Source: Flavobacteriales bacterium
Lineage (GTDB): Bacteria; Bacteroidota; Bacteroidia; Flavobacteriales_D; CANHHI01
Direction: 5' to 3'
Assembly (NCBI GenBank): GCA_947460225.1
Contig: CANHHI010000001.1
Coordinates: 1 to 37,164 of the forward strand
DNA: 37,164 nucleotides
Part shown: one piece after another, positions 15,110-25,594 of the stretch
Numbering within the stretch: the stretch's first letter is position 1
How the letters are laid out: every line of letters starts with the position of its first letter
The notes under the pieces: generated by a model
Told to the model about the DNA's origin: nothing
Databases searched by the model: none
The model's input: only the letters and a program-made list of their open reading frames with translations
Translations under genes and position numbers: made by a program

Positions 15110-16648
15110 GTGGTGCTCAAAAAAATAATCAATAGATCTGTTTTTTGGGCAATGTCTATTGCCGCTTTGCTTTTACTTTGCGTTCAATTTTACTGGCTCC
15201 ATGACGCTTATGAGAGCAAAAAACATTTTCACAGAATGCAGTTGCGTGAGCATCTTTTATGGGCAGCCGCAAAACATGAAAAAAGCCAAATCTACGCACA
15301 CATCAATTTAGATTCACTCCTAGAAGAATTTGGTGTTGAAAAGCCAGAAAAAGAGCATACACTGTACAATGTAAAAGCATTGGTGCCAAAAAGGAGTAAA
15401 GACGTTAATGCTTGGCAATATAAAATTAGAGAATTGCCAAACCGCACAGACAGTTTGTACAGTTTGTCTTTGGGCATGCACCAAGATATTTTCAATAAAC
15501 AACGCATGGCATATAGGTTGCAACCTATACAACAACCCAACGAACAAGACCAAGCAAATTTATACCACGCTATCGCTGGATACCTTTTGGAATCCCATAT
15601 TTCATTTATCAGCAAAGCAGCTAGCTTTAAAATAGATATATTTAGCTTGCAAGAATACGTACAAAAAGATTTTCCCTACAATTTCCACTGGGATATTTAC
15701 GACCCTTTGGCAGATAAATTTTGGTTTGACTTTAAAGAGACCGCACTAGACAAGGAATTTTTATCTAAAATGGTTTCCGTGCCTTTGTTTAATAGCGTGT
15801 ATGATGTTGCGCCTTATCATTTGGTGGCTTGGTTTTCAAGCGAAGAAGAGCAAGCCTTAGGTCAAATAAAATCTATGTTTTTATCTTCGGTTTTATTGAT
15901 TTTTTTTATTGGACTTTGTGCATATTATAGCCTGTCCCATTTGGTGGACTTAAAACTGCAAGGGCGCATGCGCAACGATTTTATCAACAACATGACCCAT
16001 GAACTCAAAACCCCTATTGCTACTGTTTCATTGGCTTGCCAAGGCTTGCTTTCCAAAGATATTGTGTTAAATGAAGCGCAAAGGAATAGATATGTGGGTA
16101 TTATAGAACAAGAAAATCAACGCTTATTAAATTTGGTGGAAAGTGTATTGCAAGCCAATTCACTAAGCAAAGGCAAGCTCATCTTGGACAAAACGCTGAT
16201 AAACCTTGTTGAAGTGATACAAAACGTTGTAGAGAGTAGCGTTTTAAGGGTAGAAGCAAAAAAAGGCACCATAGAATTCTTGTATAATCCAAAAGAATTT
16301 TATACCTTTGTAGCCGATAAAATTCATTTAACAAATGCTATTTATAATTTACTAGACAACGCCATTAAGTATTCGCAAGGCAATTTGCAAATCAAAATCA
16401 TTTTAAGCAAGCTGAAAAATGGCTATGTGTTACACATTCAAGACAATGGAATAGGTATAGATAGGGTTTATCACAAAAAGATTTTTGAAAAATTGTACCG
16501 AGTACCGACGGGAAATATTCATGAAACCACAGGATATGGACTAGGGCTTAGTTATGTGAAATATATTGTAGATATGCACCAGGGTAGAATTTGGTTAGAT
16601 AGTGAATTAAATAAAGGGACAACATTTTTTGTTAGATTATACAATTAA
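15110..16648 (+). CDS. Sensor histidine kinase (HisKA + HATPase_c) with a two-TM N-terminal sensor region
   Basis: H-box NMTHELKTPIATV, N-box NLLDNAIKYS, G1 IQDNGIGI, G2 GYGLGLSYV. TM segments FWAMSIAALLLLCVQFYW and MFLSSVLLIFFIGLCAYYSL. Start uncertain: GTG 15110 or 15113 after the upstream stop at 15095, or ATG 15152. Confidence 0.85.
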   Translation: MVLKKIINRSVFWAMSIAALLLLCVQFYWLHDAYESKKHFHRMQLREHLLWAAAKHEKSQIYAHINLDSLLEEFGVEKPEKEHTLYNVKALVPKRSKDVNAWQYKIRELPNRTDSLYSLSLGMHQDIFNKQRMAYRLQPIQQPNEQDQANLYHAIAGYLLESHISFISKAASFKIDIFSLQEYVQKDFPYNFHWDIYDPLADKFWFDFKETALDKEFLSKMVSVPLFNSVYDVAPYHLVAWFSSEEEQALGQIKSMFLSSVLLIFFIGLCAYYSLSHLVDLKLQGRMRNDFINNMTHELKTPIATVSLACQGLLSKDIVLNEAQRNRYVGIIEQENQRLLNLVESVLQANSLSKGKLILDKTLINLVEVIQNVVESSVLRVEAKKGTIEFLYNPKEFYTFVADKIHLTNAIYNLLDNAIKYSQGNLQIKIILSKLKNGYVLHIQDNGIGIDRVYHKKIFEKLYRVPTGNIHETTGYGLGLSYVKYIVDMHQGRIWLDSELNKGTTFFVRLYN

Positions 16649-16670
16649 ATTAAAATAATAAATCATAGTT

Positions 16671-17420
16671 ATGGCTGATAAAAGAGCTAGAATAATTCTT
16701 ACAGAAGACGATGTAAACCTTGGGCAATTATTACAAGAGTATATGAGTGCCAAAGGATTTGATTGCATTCTTGCCAGAGATGGGGAGGAAGCGTGGAGCA
16801 TTTTCACGGAACAAGATGTGGACTTGGTGGTATTAGACGTAATGCTCCCCAAAATAGATGGATTTACCCTAGCAGAGCGCATTCGTGCACGGGATTTTTA
16901 TACCCCGATTGTGTTTCTTTCTGCCAGATGTGCCAAAGAAGACGTGTTGCGTGGTTTTGCAGTGGGGGCAGATGATTTCATCAAAAAGCCTTTTTCTATG
17001 GAAGAACTCGTGGCAAGGTGCGAAGCCATTTTGCGCCGTGTAAACGAAGAAGTTAAAATTTCTGAAAGGCATCAAATCAAAAAATTTGATATTGCTGGCT
17101 ATATGTACGATTATAGCACACGCATGATAGACAAAGGCAATGGGCAGCGCATTAAATTATCTTCCAAAGAGAATGAATTACTACATTTGATGGTCAAAGA
17201 CGGCATAGGAACTATTGTGGACAGACGCTTGATTTTAGATAAAATTTGGGACGAGGATAGTTACTACAAAAGCCGCAGCATGGACGTGTATATGTCAAAA
17301 TTGCGCAGAGCATTTAAAGACAATCCCCGTGTGGAAATTGTAACTTTGCACGGCAATGGCTACCGCCTAGTGGTATATGAAACAATGGCAAGACCAGTAG
17401 AGCAAGAGCTCAGTAGATAA
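16671..17420 (+). CDS. OmpR/PhoB-family response regulator (RprY-like)
   Basis: Receiver domain ILTEDDVNLGQLL ... DLVVLDVMLPKIDGF ... KPF, followed by a winged-helix output domain (LSSKENELLHLM ... VYMSKLRRAF ... LHGNGYRL). Confidence 0.9.
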   Translation: MADKRARIILTEDDVNLGQLLQEYMSAKGFDCILARDGEEAWSIFTEQDVDLVVLDVMLPKIDGFTLAERIRARDFYTPIVFLSARCAKEDVLRGFAVGADDFIKKPFSMEELVARCEAILRRVNEEVKISERHQIKKFDIAGYMYDYSTRMIDKGNGQRIKLSSKENELLHLMVKDGIGTIVDRRLILDKIWDEDSYYKSRSMDVYMSKLRRAFKDNPRVEIVTLHGNGYRLVVYETMARPVEQELSR

Positions 17421-17446
17421 AAAAATCCGCCTTTCGGCGGATTTTT
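17421..17446. terminator. Bidirectional intrinsic terminator between the response regulator and rlmD
   Basis: aaaaatccgcc-tttc-ggcggattttt forms a GC-rich core stem (tccgcc/ggcgga) with a 4-nt loop, flanked by an A-run and a T-run. It starts 1 nt after the RR stop and overlaps the rlmD stop by 2 nt. Confidence 0.8.
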
Positions 17447-18857
17447 ATTTTAAGCGCAATAAAGCAACACTCTCCACATGGTGCGTATGTGGAAACAAGT
17501 CCACGGGTTGCACCTGTTCAATGGTGTAAAATTCTTGCATCAAGGCTAAATCACGGGCTTGTGTGCTTGCATTGCAACTCACGTAAATCAATTTGGGCGC
17601 ACGCATGTTTAAAATCTGCGCCACAACATCGCCGTGCATACCCGAACGTGGCGGATCCACAATCAGCACATCTGGTTTGCCATGTGTTAAAACAAATTCA
17701 TCGTTGAGCACATCTTTCATGTCGCCAGCAAAAAACTGTGCATGATCAATGCCATTGATTTGGGCGTTGATTTTTGCATCGGTAATGGCATCTTCCACGT
17801 ATTCCACACCAATGACTTTTTTGCAATTTTTACCCACAAACTGCGCAATAGTACCCGTTCCCGTGTATAAATCATACAGCACATCTGTGGCTTGAATATC
17901 CGCAAAATCACGAATAATTTTATACAAAACCAAGGCTTGCCGAGAATTTGTTTGGTAAAAACTTTTGGCACTCACCTTAAAACGCAAATCTTCCATTTCT
18001 TCCCAAATAAAGTCTCTGCCTTTAAAGGTGTATAATTCTTGGTCTATCCAAGTGTCGTTGGCTTTTAAATTATACGCATAAAGCCAAGATTGCACCTCTG
18101 GAAATGCCAAAGATAATTTTTCCAACAATTGAAATTCCTTGTCTTTTTCTTCTTCCGACATGGCTTGATGCAAAATCAAAAGCACCATGTTTTCGCCCGT
18201 CAAAGCAGTTCTTATCATCAAGGTGCGCAGAAAACCTTTTTGCAAACGCAAATCATAAAAAGACATGCCGAGCTCCACCGCATATTCCCTCACGGTATTG
18301 CGCAAACGATTGGAAAACTCCGTTTGCAAATAACATGTTTCAACATCGACAATTTTGTCAAAACGCCCCGACACGTGAAATCCCAAAGCAGATTCTTGGA
18401 TAACCGCATCGCTTTTTACTTCTTCTTCGGTGAGCCAACGCTTGTTGGAAAAAGTAAATTCTAGTTTATTTCTATAAAAAGTTGTGTCTTGACAGCCAAT
18501 AATCGGCTGAAAATGTTCAACGTCCAACTTGCCCAAACGAATAAAAGCATCTTGCACTTGTTTTTGTTTGTACAAGAGTTGCGTTTCATAGTTCATGTTT
18601 TGCCATTTGCAACCCCCACAAACGCCAAAATGCTTGCAAAAAGGCGTTTCTCTATTTACAGACGGCTCAACAATACTTAGCAAGCGTGCTTCTAAATAAT
18701 TTTTCTTTTTGCGGAAAACCTCCACTTCTACCACATCTCCTGGCACACCACCCGCCACAAAAACCACTTGATTTTCGTGCCTGCCCAAGGCGATGCCTTC
18801 ATTGGTTGCTTCATGCAAAGCAAGTGTCATGCGGTAATTGTCTATTTTTTTTGCCAT
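17445..18857 (-). CDS. rlmD: 23S rRNA (uracil-C5)-methyltransferase, RlmD/RumA family
   Basis: N-terminal TRAM-like segment (GIALGRHENQVVFVAGGVPGDVVEVEV), Cys cluster CKHFGVCGGCKWQ, SAM-binding DLYTGTGTI and catalytic YVSCN. Confidence 0.85.
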   Translation of the reverse strand: MAKKIDNYRMTLALHEATNEGIALGRHENQVVFVAGGVPGDVVEVEVFRKKKNYLEARLLSIVEPSVNRETPFCKHFGVCGGCKWQNMNYETQLLYKQKQVQDAFIRLGKLDVEHFQPIIGCQDTTFYRNKLEFTFSNKRWLTEEEVKSDAVIQESALGFHVSGRFDKIVDVETCYLQTEFSNRLRNTVREYAVELGMSFYDLRLQKGFLRTLMIRTALTGENMVLLILHQAMSEEEKDKEFQLLEKLSLAFPEVQSWLYAYNLKANDTWIDQELYTFKGRDFIWEEMEDLRFKVSAKSFYQTNSRQALVLYKIIRDFADIQATDVLYDLYTGTGTIAQFVGKNCKKVIGVEYVEDAITDAKINAQINGIDHAQFFAGDMKDVLNDEFVLTHGKPDVLIVDPPRSGMHGDVVAQILNMRAPKLIYVSCNASTQARDLALMQEFYTIEQVQPVDLFPHTHHVESVALLRLK

Positions 18858-19408
18858 AAACCTTCTGGGAAAACACAGTAATCCATTTGTAAATCTTTGT
18901 CGTGTAGTTCTGTTATAGGTTCTGTCAAAGGAGGAAAGAGAGAAAGTCCAATTTTTAACACATGACTATCCAAATTAGCCACAAAATAATCGTAATACCC
19001 TTTTCCGTAACCTATCCTGTATCCCTTTTCGTCAAAAGCCAGCAAAGGCAATAAAATCACATCTATTTGTTTGCCGTCTATTTTTTCACCCAGCATCGGT
19101 TCTGGAATGCCCAAAGCATTTTCTTTGCAAGGCGTTTCTTTTTCCAATAAAAAAGTTTCCAGTCCTTGTTCTATCATTTTAGGCACGCAAACCGCTATGT
19201 TTTTTTGCCACAAAGCATGTACAATGGGCAGGGTGTCTATTTCGTGCTGAGCAGCGATAGGCAAAAACACGTGCACCAATTTGGTGTTGTCCCATATCGG
19301 CAAATCAAAAAGCCTTTGCACAAGGGCGTGTTCTTTTTCCTGTTTTTGCGTAGCTTCTAAGGCTAAACGCATGCTTTTATATTGTTGTCTGATTTCCTGT
19401 TTGTTCAT
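18842..19408 (-). CDS. 5-formyltetrahydrofolate cyclo-ligase
   Basis: 188 aa with [17 protein letters not shown] and [22 protein letters not shown], the MTHFS signature. Overlaps obg by 32 nt and rlmD by 16 nt. Confidence 0.8.
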   Translation of the reverse strand: MNKQEIRQQYKSMRLALEATQKQEKEHALVQRLFDLPIWDNTKLVHVFLPIAAQHEIDTLPIVHALWQKNIAVCVPKMIEQGLETFLLEKETPCKENALGIPEPMLGEKIDGKQIDVILLPLLAFDEKGYRIGYGKGYYDYFVANLDSHVLKIGLSLFPPLTEPITELHDKDLQMDYCVFPEGLWQKK

Positions 19409-20396
19409 GGTTCATCATTTTCCAGAGTGCATCTTTCAATTCTTGTAGCCCAATCTGCGCCACCGAAGAAATAAACAAGCAAGCCACATCTTTGGGCAAG
19501 GTTTTTGCCATTTCCCCTTTGAGCTCTTCATCTAAAAGGTCGCTTTTGGTAATGGCTAGCAAACGCTGTTTGTGCATCAATTCGGGGTTATACGCCTCCA
19601 ATTCTTTGCATAAAATGTTGTACGCCTCTTGAATATCTTTGGCATCAGCGGGCACCATAAACAAAAGCACGGAATTGCGCTCAATGTGCCTCAAAAAGCG
19701 ATACCCCAAGCCTTTGCCCTGACTTGCTCCTTCAATAATACCTGGAATGTCCGCCATCACAAAAGACAATTCATCACGGTAATTGACAATACCCAAATTA
19801 GGCACCAAAGTGGTAAAAGGATAATCTGCAATTTCAGGTTTGGCAGCACTCAACACCGAAAGCAAGGTGGACTTGCCTGCATTGGGAAACCCAACCAGCC
19901 CAACATCTGCCAAAACTTTAAGCTCTAAAATTTTCCATTTTTCTTCGCCAGGCAAACCAGGCTGGGAATACATAGGGGTTTGGTTGGTTGGGCTTTTAAA
20001 ATGTTCATTGCCCAAACCCCCTCTTCCACCGGGCGCAATAACATATTCTTGCCCATCTTCCACAATTTCCACCAAAAACTCATCGGTTTCAGCATCTTTG
20101 GCTATCGTACCCAAAGGCACGTCTAAAATCACGTCTTCGCCGTCTTTGCCGTGTTTTCTGCCACTTTTACCACTCTCTCCCACCCCAGCAATCACGTGCT
20201 TGCGGTATTTGAGGTGTAGCAAAGTCCACATTTGTTTATTGCCACGCAAAATAATGTGTCCACCACGTCCGCCGTCTCCGCCGTCTGGTCCACCTTTGGC
20301 GGTATTTTTGTCTCTGTGAAAGTGCATAGAACCAGCACCTCCGTGCCCAGAACGGCAACAGATTTTTACGTAATCTATAAAGCTATCTCCGCTCAT
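19377..20396 (-). CDS. obgE: GTPase Obg/CgtA
   Basis: Starts [25 protein letters not shown]. Glycine-rich Obg fold, then G1 [10 protein letters not shown]3 DIPG, G4 TKSD. Start taken at ATG 20396, 4 nt after the adk stop; the track extension overlaps adk. Confidence 0.92.
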   Translation of the reverse strand: MSGDSFIDYVKICCRSGHGGAGSMHFHRDKNTAKGGPDGGDGGRGGHIILRGNKQMWTLLHLKYRKHVIAGVGESGKSGRKHGKDGEDVILDVPLGTIAKDAETDEFLVEIVEDGQEYVIAPGGRGGLGNEHFKSPTNQTPMYSQPGLPGEEKWKILELKVLADVGLVGFPNAGKSTLLSVLSAAKPEIADYPFTTLVPNLGIVNYRDELSFVMADIPGIIEGASQGKGLGYRFLRHIERNSVLLFMVPADAKDIQEAYNILCKELEAYNPELMHKQRLLAITKSDLLDEELKGEMAKTLPKDVACLFISSVAQIGLQELKDALWKMMNHEQTGNQTTI

Positions 20397-20400
20397 AATA

Positions 20401-20964
20401 TCAAAGGTATGCGCAGATTTCAGAAAATATCTGTTCCACAGATTGTGTGCCATCAATGGCTTTATACTTGTTTTGCTTTTGATAAAAAGCAATTAAACTC
20501 GCTGTTTTTTTGTTGTATTCTGCAATTCTGCCTTGTATAATGGCTCCATTTTGGTCGTCCGCACGTCCAGAAGTAGCCCCACGCAGCAAAATTCTTTTCA
20601 CCAATTCCTCTTCGGGCACTTCCAAGCCAAGCACGCAGTCAATTTGCTCGCCATGTTTGCTTAGAAAACTGTCCAAAGCCTCCGCCTGGGAAATTGTTCT
20701 GGGAAACCCATCAAAAATAAATCCTTTGCAAGGTTTTTTTTGCAAAACTTCATGCTCCAAAAGTTGAATAGTTACCGCATCGGGCACCAGTTCGCCTTTG
20801 TCCATGTAAGACTTTGCCAATTTGCCGAGTTCCGTGTTTTGCGATAGATGTTTTCTAAAAATATCGCCCGTAGAAAGATGTGTATAAGCATATTTTTCTA
20901 CCATTTTTTCGGACTGCGTACCTTTTCCTGCGCCCGGCGCACCAAAAATAACAATATTGCTCAC
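20401..20964 (-). CDS. adk: Adenylate kinase
   Basis: [39 protein letters not shown]. Confidence 0.95.
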   Translation of the reverse strand: MSNIVIFGAPGAGKGTQSEKMVEKYAYTHLSTGDIFRKHLSQNTELGKLAKSYMDKGELVPDAVTIQLLEHEVLQKKPCKGFIFDGFPRTISQAEALDSFLSKHGEQIDCVLGLEVPEEELVKRILLRGATSGRADDQNGAIIQGRIAEYNKKTASLIAFYQKQNKYKAIDGTQSVEQIFSEICAYL

Positions 20965-20974
20965 AATAAAATGT

Positions 20975-21508
20975 TTAAGGTTTATATACGTAAATAGCGT
21001 TTAGGTTTCTGCCCACGCCGTTGTAATCCAATCCGTAACCCACAATAAAATCATTGGCTATATTCAAGCCCGTGTATTGTATAGGGTGCTGATATTTGTA
21101 AGCACCTGGCTTAAAAAACATAGATGCCACATACACTTTTGCTGCATTTTTTTCTTTGAGCATCTCAAAAATTCGGTGCACTGTGTTGCCACTATCCACA
21201 ATGTCTTCCACAATAATGACTTCTCTGCCCGTCAAATCTTCGTTTAAACCAATGAGTTCTTGCAAATCTTTTTGCTCTGCCCCGTGGTAAGAGGCAATTT
21301 TCACAAAACTAAGTTCGCAGGTAATGGTGAGTTGCTTCATCATGTCGGCGGCAAACATAAACGCTCCGTTGAGCACAATCAAAAACAAAGGAGATTTGCC
21401 CGCAAAATCAACATTGATTTGGTTTGCCACACGACTAACCGCTGCTTGAATTTCGCTTTCAGCAATAAAGGGTTCAAATTCTTTATCCAGGAGTTGTATT
21501 TTTTGCAT
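20975..21508 (-). CDS. hpt: Hypoxanthine phosphoribosyltransferase
   Basis: PRPP motif VIIVEDIVDSGNT and FIVGYGLDYNG. Start at ATG 21508 (MQKIQLLDKEF). A TAGCTTTG -7 box at 21545..21538 lies inside the longer track ORF. Confidence 0.9.
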   Translation of the reverse strand: MQKIQLLDKEFEPFIAESEIQAAVSRVANQINVDFAGKSPLFLIVLNGAFMFAADMMKQLTITCELSFVKIASYHGAEQKDLQELIGLNEDLTGREVIIVEDIVDSGNTVHRIFEMLKEKNAAKVYVASMFFKPGAYKYQHPIQYTGLNIANDFIVGYGLDYNGVGRNLNAIYVYKP

Positions 21509-21647
21509 ATTTTTTTGTGGAAATAACAAAGAAAATGCAAAGCTATCCATTTTTTTTCAAAAAACCTAGTCAAAAATGTAACAAATTACGATTAGTTTTA
21601 GTATTTTTGTCAAAAAAATCCACAGGCATTCAGTTGCCCTATTTTTT

Positions 21648-23102
21648 ATGAACATGACCCAGCAGGAAAAAGAAGTCTCCATGCAGACTCACAAGGACGT
21701 TTTGGCTCAATTGGAGCAACTTGTAGAAAAAGAACAACCTTTGTCCAAAGCGTTTAAGGATTTAGATGAGTTAAAAAAACAATGGAATGAACTAGAAAAG
21801 TTACTTGGTTTGCCCAGCAAAGAAGAAGGCGAGCAATACCAAAGACTTTTGCAGGCTTTCCAGTACCATGCTAGGGTGTACAAGGAACTCAAAGAAAACG
21901 ATTTAAAAAGAAATTTAGAACAAAAAACGGACATTTTACAAAAGTTACAATCTTTGTCAAGTGTGCAAGATATTACAGAATTAGACGAAAAATTTAGAGT
22001 ACTCCGAAATGCTTGGAGCGATGTTGGACCAACCTACCGAGAATCTTGGGAAGGTTTGAGAACGCAATTCAATCAATTGGCACAAGTTTTCTATGATAAA
22101 TTGGCACCTTTGTATGAAGTGCAAAACAAAGAACGAGACGAAAAAAGCCAAAAGAAAAAAGATCTTTTTGCCAAAGTTCAAGAAATTACAAGCAGTAGTT
22201 TAAAAACCCAAAAAGATTGGGACAATGCAACAAAACAATTGCAAAACATAGAAAATGAATGGAATGCAATGGGGTTTGTAGCGGGGAAAATAGCATTAAA
22301 CCTAGACAGACAAATCCGCAGGGTTTACACAAAATTTTACAAGAAAAAAAGAGTAGAGTACAAAGTGTTTTTGAATGCCTTTGACGAAAGCAGACAGCGC
22401 AAAGAAGAGTTGATTGCCCAGGCTACCGAACACAAAGACAGCGAAAAATGGCAAGAAGCTATTCCTCTTTTTGACAATTTACAGAAAGAATGGTCAAAAG
22501 CAGGATTTGCGGGGGCAAAGCATCAAGATAAACTTTGGCATAGCTTCAAGGAAATTTGCGACCATTTTTACAGCCGTAGAAAAACTTACCTAGAAGAGCA
22601 AAAATCTTTGGAACAAAGTTTTGAATCGCTCAAACAAGGTTTGATTGTAGAATTGCAAGCCTGGCAACCCAGCGAAGATGCGGAATTGGCAACCACTAAA
22701 TTGCTAGAATTTACAGAGCGTGCCACCGAATGGACCACACAAGCCAAAACGCTTACGCTCAAAATCCGCATGATTTTGGAAGAAAAAATTGGGCAAACAA
22801 TTTTAAATGCAGAAGAAAAAATCAACTTAGCCAAACAAATTACCAAAAAATTGTTTGAAAAAGACGATAGACCTCTTGATGTTATTATTGCCAGAGAAAA
22901 ATCATTCTTGACTCAACAAGCCGATAAAATACGCAAAGAGGTGCAAAGCAGTGAAAACAATTTGGCTTTTTTTGGCAACAATGCTTCGGCAAAATTATTG
23001 CTCAAAGATGTCAATCAAAAACTGGACAAAGACAAAGCCGTTTTGGCAAGTTTAGAAGCACAAATTCAGCAGCTCAGCAAAATGCAAAGGCAGTTTAAAT
23101 AA
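21648..23102 (+). CDS. DUF349 repeat protein
   Basis: Highly charged helical protein with a recurring W-x-x-h-G ... F motif (NAWSDVGPTYRESWEGLRTQF; NEWNAMGFVAG; KEWSKAGFAGAKHQDKLWHSF) typical of DUF349. A TATTTTTG -7 box lies at 21602..21609. Confidence 0.75.
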   Translation: MNMTQQEKEVSMQTHKDVLAQLEQLVEKEQPLSKAFKDLDELKKQWNELEKLLGLPSKEEGEQYQRLLQAFQYHARVYKELKENDLKRNLEQKTDILQKLQSLSSVQDITELDEKFRVLRNAWSDVGPTYRESWEGLRTQFNQLAQVFYDKLAPLYEVQNKERDEKSQKKKDLFAKVQEITSSSLKTQKDWDNATKQLQNIENEWNAMGFVAGKIALNLDRQIRRVYTKFYKKKRVEYKVFLNAFDESRQRKEELIAQATEHKDSEKWQEAIPLFDNLQKEWSKAGFAGAKHQDKLWHSFKEICDHFYSRRKTYLEEQKSLEQSFESLKQGLIVELQAWQPSEDAELATTKLLEFTERATEWTTQAKTLTLKIRMILEEKIGQTILNAEEKINLAKQITKKLFEKDDRPLDVIIAREKSFLTQQADKIRKEVQSSENNLAFFGNNASAKLLLKDVNQKLDKDKAVLASLEAQIQQLSKMQRQFK

Positions 23103-23110
23103 CAAAAAAA

Positions 23111-25594
23111 ATGAAAAAGCGAGAAGTTCAACAATTGTCCAAAATTTTGGAAGGTTCTGCTTTGCAGATGCCTCTAAAAAATAAAACGGTGTCCATTGCC
23201 TGCACAGACAGCAGGCATGTACCCGCTGGCTTTGAAGAACATTGCGTTTTTTTTGCTTTTAACGGTGTAAGCACCGAAGGTTGGCGTTTTGTGCCCGAAT
23301 TGTACCAAAAAGGCGTGCGGGTTTTTGTATTGCCAAAAACCCATGCCTTACATGTGGCGGATTTTCCAGAAGCCTGCTTTTTGGAAGTTGTTTCTATGTT
23401 CCGTGCTTTGCAGGCACTGGCAAAAGATTTGCGCAAAAACGAATTGCAAAAAATACCTTTTTGCGCCATTACAGGCAGCAACGGCAAAACCATTGTCAAA
23501 GATTGGCTCGCTTTTGTTTTAGAACCTGTGCTAGAAACTTACAAAAGCCCAAAAAGTTATAATTCGCAATTGGGCGTGCCTTTGTCTATTTTGCAATGTC
23601 CCGAAGAGGTATCGCTTGGCATTTTTGAGGCAGGGCTTTCCCAAAAAGGAGAAATGGCGATTTTGCATGATTTATTGCAGGCGGAAATTGGGGTATTTAA
23701 TTATCTATCGGCTGCGCATGGGGAAAATTTTCAAAATCAGGAGGAAAAAATAGACGAAAAACTCAAACTTTTTGAAAATGCCAAAATAATCGTATATCCC
23801 AAGCATTTACAAGCAGTGCATGAACGCATCAATTATTTTTACCCCCATACCAAAAAAATAATTTGGGGCTATACAAGCGATTGCGATATTTTTGTGCAGA
23901 ACACACAAACCGCACAAACCAAAACCAATATTACTTTTCAAACAGCAAAAAATACCGCAAGCATTGACATTCCCTTTACGGATAAAGCCTCTCTGCACAA
24001 TGCCTGTACGGTTTTGGCTTGTTGTTATGCTTTGAACCACTTGGAAGATGCCGTTTTGGAAAAGTTTTCGGACTTGCCTGTATTGCCCATGCGCTTGGAA
24101 CTGTTGGAAGGCAAAGAACACGCCAGAATCATCAGCGATGTGTATAATTCAGATATAGATGCGCTGGAAATGGCTTTGTCTTATTTGGACGGCTTGCCTT
24201 ATGCGCCCAAAACGCTTATTTTATCGGATTTCGTAGCAAATAACAATGTTGCACTGTATCAAAACACGGCTTTATTGGTACAAAAATACGGAATCACAAA
24301 TTTATACGCCATAGGAACAGCATTGCATGCGCACAAAGATTTATTTTGTAAAGTGGTGAAAAACTGCTATTTTTTTACAGACACCGCAGATTTTTTAAGG
24401 AAATACGCTTTGTTTGATTTTGGCAGGCAAAACATATTGGTCAAGGGCGCACGCATGTACCAGCTGGAGCAAGTTACCGAAAAACTCAAACAAAAGCACC
24501 ACCAAACTTGGCTAGAAATCAACCTCAACGCCTTGGAACAAAATTTAAATTATTTTAAAAAACGCTTGCCCAATAGCACCAAACTGATGGCAATGGTCAA
24601 AGCCAGGGCTTATGGCAGCAGTGAAGCACAAACTGCTTTGTTTTTAGCCCAAAAAGGCGTGGATTATTTTGGCGTGGCTTTTTCTGATGAAGGCGTGGCT
24701 TTGCGCAAAGAAGGGGTCAAAGAGCCGATTATGGTGATGCAAACTGTTGATTGGGGAATTTGCCATGAATATCAATTGGAGCCAGCTGTGGGTAATTTTG
24801 CGCAACTGCAAAGCCTTATTACTTACCTGCACGAAAATCGCATGGAAAATTTTTCCATTCATTTGGAAATAGACACGGGCATGCACCGCTTGGGTTTTGC
24901 CCCGCAAGAACTACCAGCCGTGCTAGGTTTTTTAGCAGAAAACAAAAAGTACATTAAGGTAGCTTTTATGTTTAGCCATTTATCTTCTGCTGATGATAAA
25001 AACCTAGACACATATACCCAAGAACAAATTGCCCTATTTGAAAATTGCGCCCAACAAGCCAGCGAAACCTTAAATTACCCTATACAAAAACATCTGTTAA
25101 ATTCTGCGGGCATACAGCGTTTCCCCAGTGCCACATACAACATGGTGCGCTTGGGCATTGGTTTATATGGCATTGCCAGCGAAACTTTGCAAAAACAAGA
25201 ACTCAAAGAAGTAATTTCCTTTAAAACACGCATTGTACATATTCAGAAACTGAAAAAAGGAGAACCTATTGGCTACAACAGAAAAACCATACTGCAAAAA
25301 GACAGCAAAGTAGCCACCATACCTGTGGGTTATGCCGATGGGTTTAGCCGAAGTTTGGGCAACGGCAATGGTTCGGTATGGATACACGACAAAGCCTGTG
25401 CAGTACTTGGCAATGTGTGCATGGATTTTACCATGATAGATATTAGCGAGGTGGACGCGCACCTAGACGATGTGGTGCTCTTATTTGGTCAAGGATTTAG
25501 CGCAGAAAAAATGGCGGACAAACGGTCCACCATTCCTTATGAAATTTTTACAAGTATTGCCGGGAGAGTAGCCAGGATATTTACTAGAGAGTAG
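23111..25594 (+). CDS. Bifunctional MurF-like ligase / alanine racemase fusion protein
   Basis: N-terminal Mur ligase part (ITGSNGKTIVKDWL P-loop). C-terminal alanine racemase part (AMVKARAYGSS with the PLP lysine, HLEIDTGMHRLGF, NMVRLGIGLYG, PVGYADGF, GNVCMDF). 827 aa in one frame. Confidence 0.88.
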   Translation: MKKREVQQLSKILEGSALQMPLKNKTVSIACTDSRHVPAGFEEHCVFFAFNGVSTEGWRFVPELYQKGVRVFVLPKTHALHVADFPEACFLEVVSMFRALQALAKDLRKNELQKIPFCAITGSNGKTIVKDWLAFVLEPVLETYKSPKSYNSQLGVPLSILQCPEEVSLGIFEAGLSQKGEMAILHDLLQAEIGVFNYLSAAHGENFQNQEEKIDEKLKLFENAKIIVYPKHLQAVHERINYFYPHTKKIIWGYTSDCDIFVQNTQTAQTKTNITFQTAKNTASIDIPFTDKASLHNACTVLACCYALNHLEDAVLEKFSDLPVLPMRLELLEGKEHARIISDVYNSDIDALEMALSYLDGLPYAPKTLILSDFVANNNVALYQNTALLVQKYGITNLYAIGTALHAHKDLFCKVVKNCYFFTDTADFLRKYALFDFGRQNILVKGARMYQLEQVTEKLKQKHHQTWLEINLNALEQNLNYFKKRLPNSTKLMAMVKARAYGSSEAQTALFLAQKGVDYFGVAFSDEGVALRKEGVKEPIMVMQTVDWGICHEYQLEPAVGNFAQLQSLITYLHENRMENFSIHLEIDTGMHRLGFAPQELPAVLGFLAENKKYIKVAFMFSHLSSADDKNLDTYTQEQIALFENCAQQASETLNYPIQKHLLNSAGIQRFPSATYNMVRLGIGLYGIASETLQKQELKEVISFKTRIVHIQKLKKGEPIGYNRKTILQKDSKVATIPVGYADGFSRSLGNGNGSVWIHDKACAVLGNVCMDFTMIDISEVDAHLDDVVLLFGQGFSAEKMADKRSTIPYEIFTSIAGRVARIFTRE

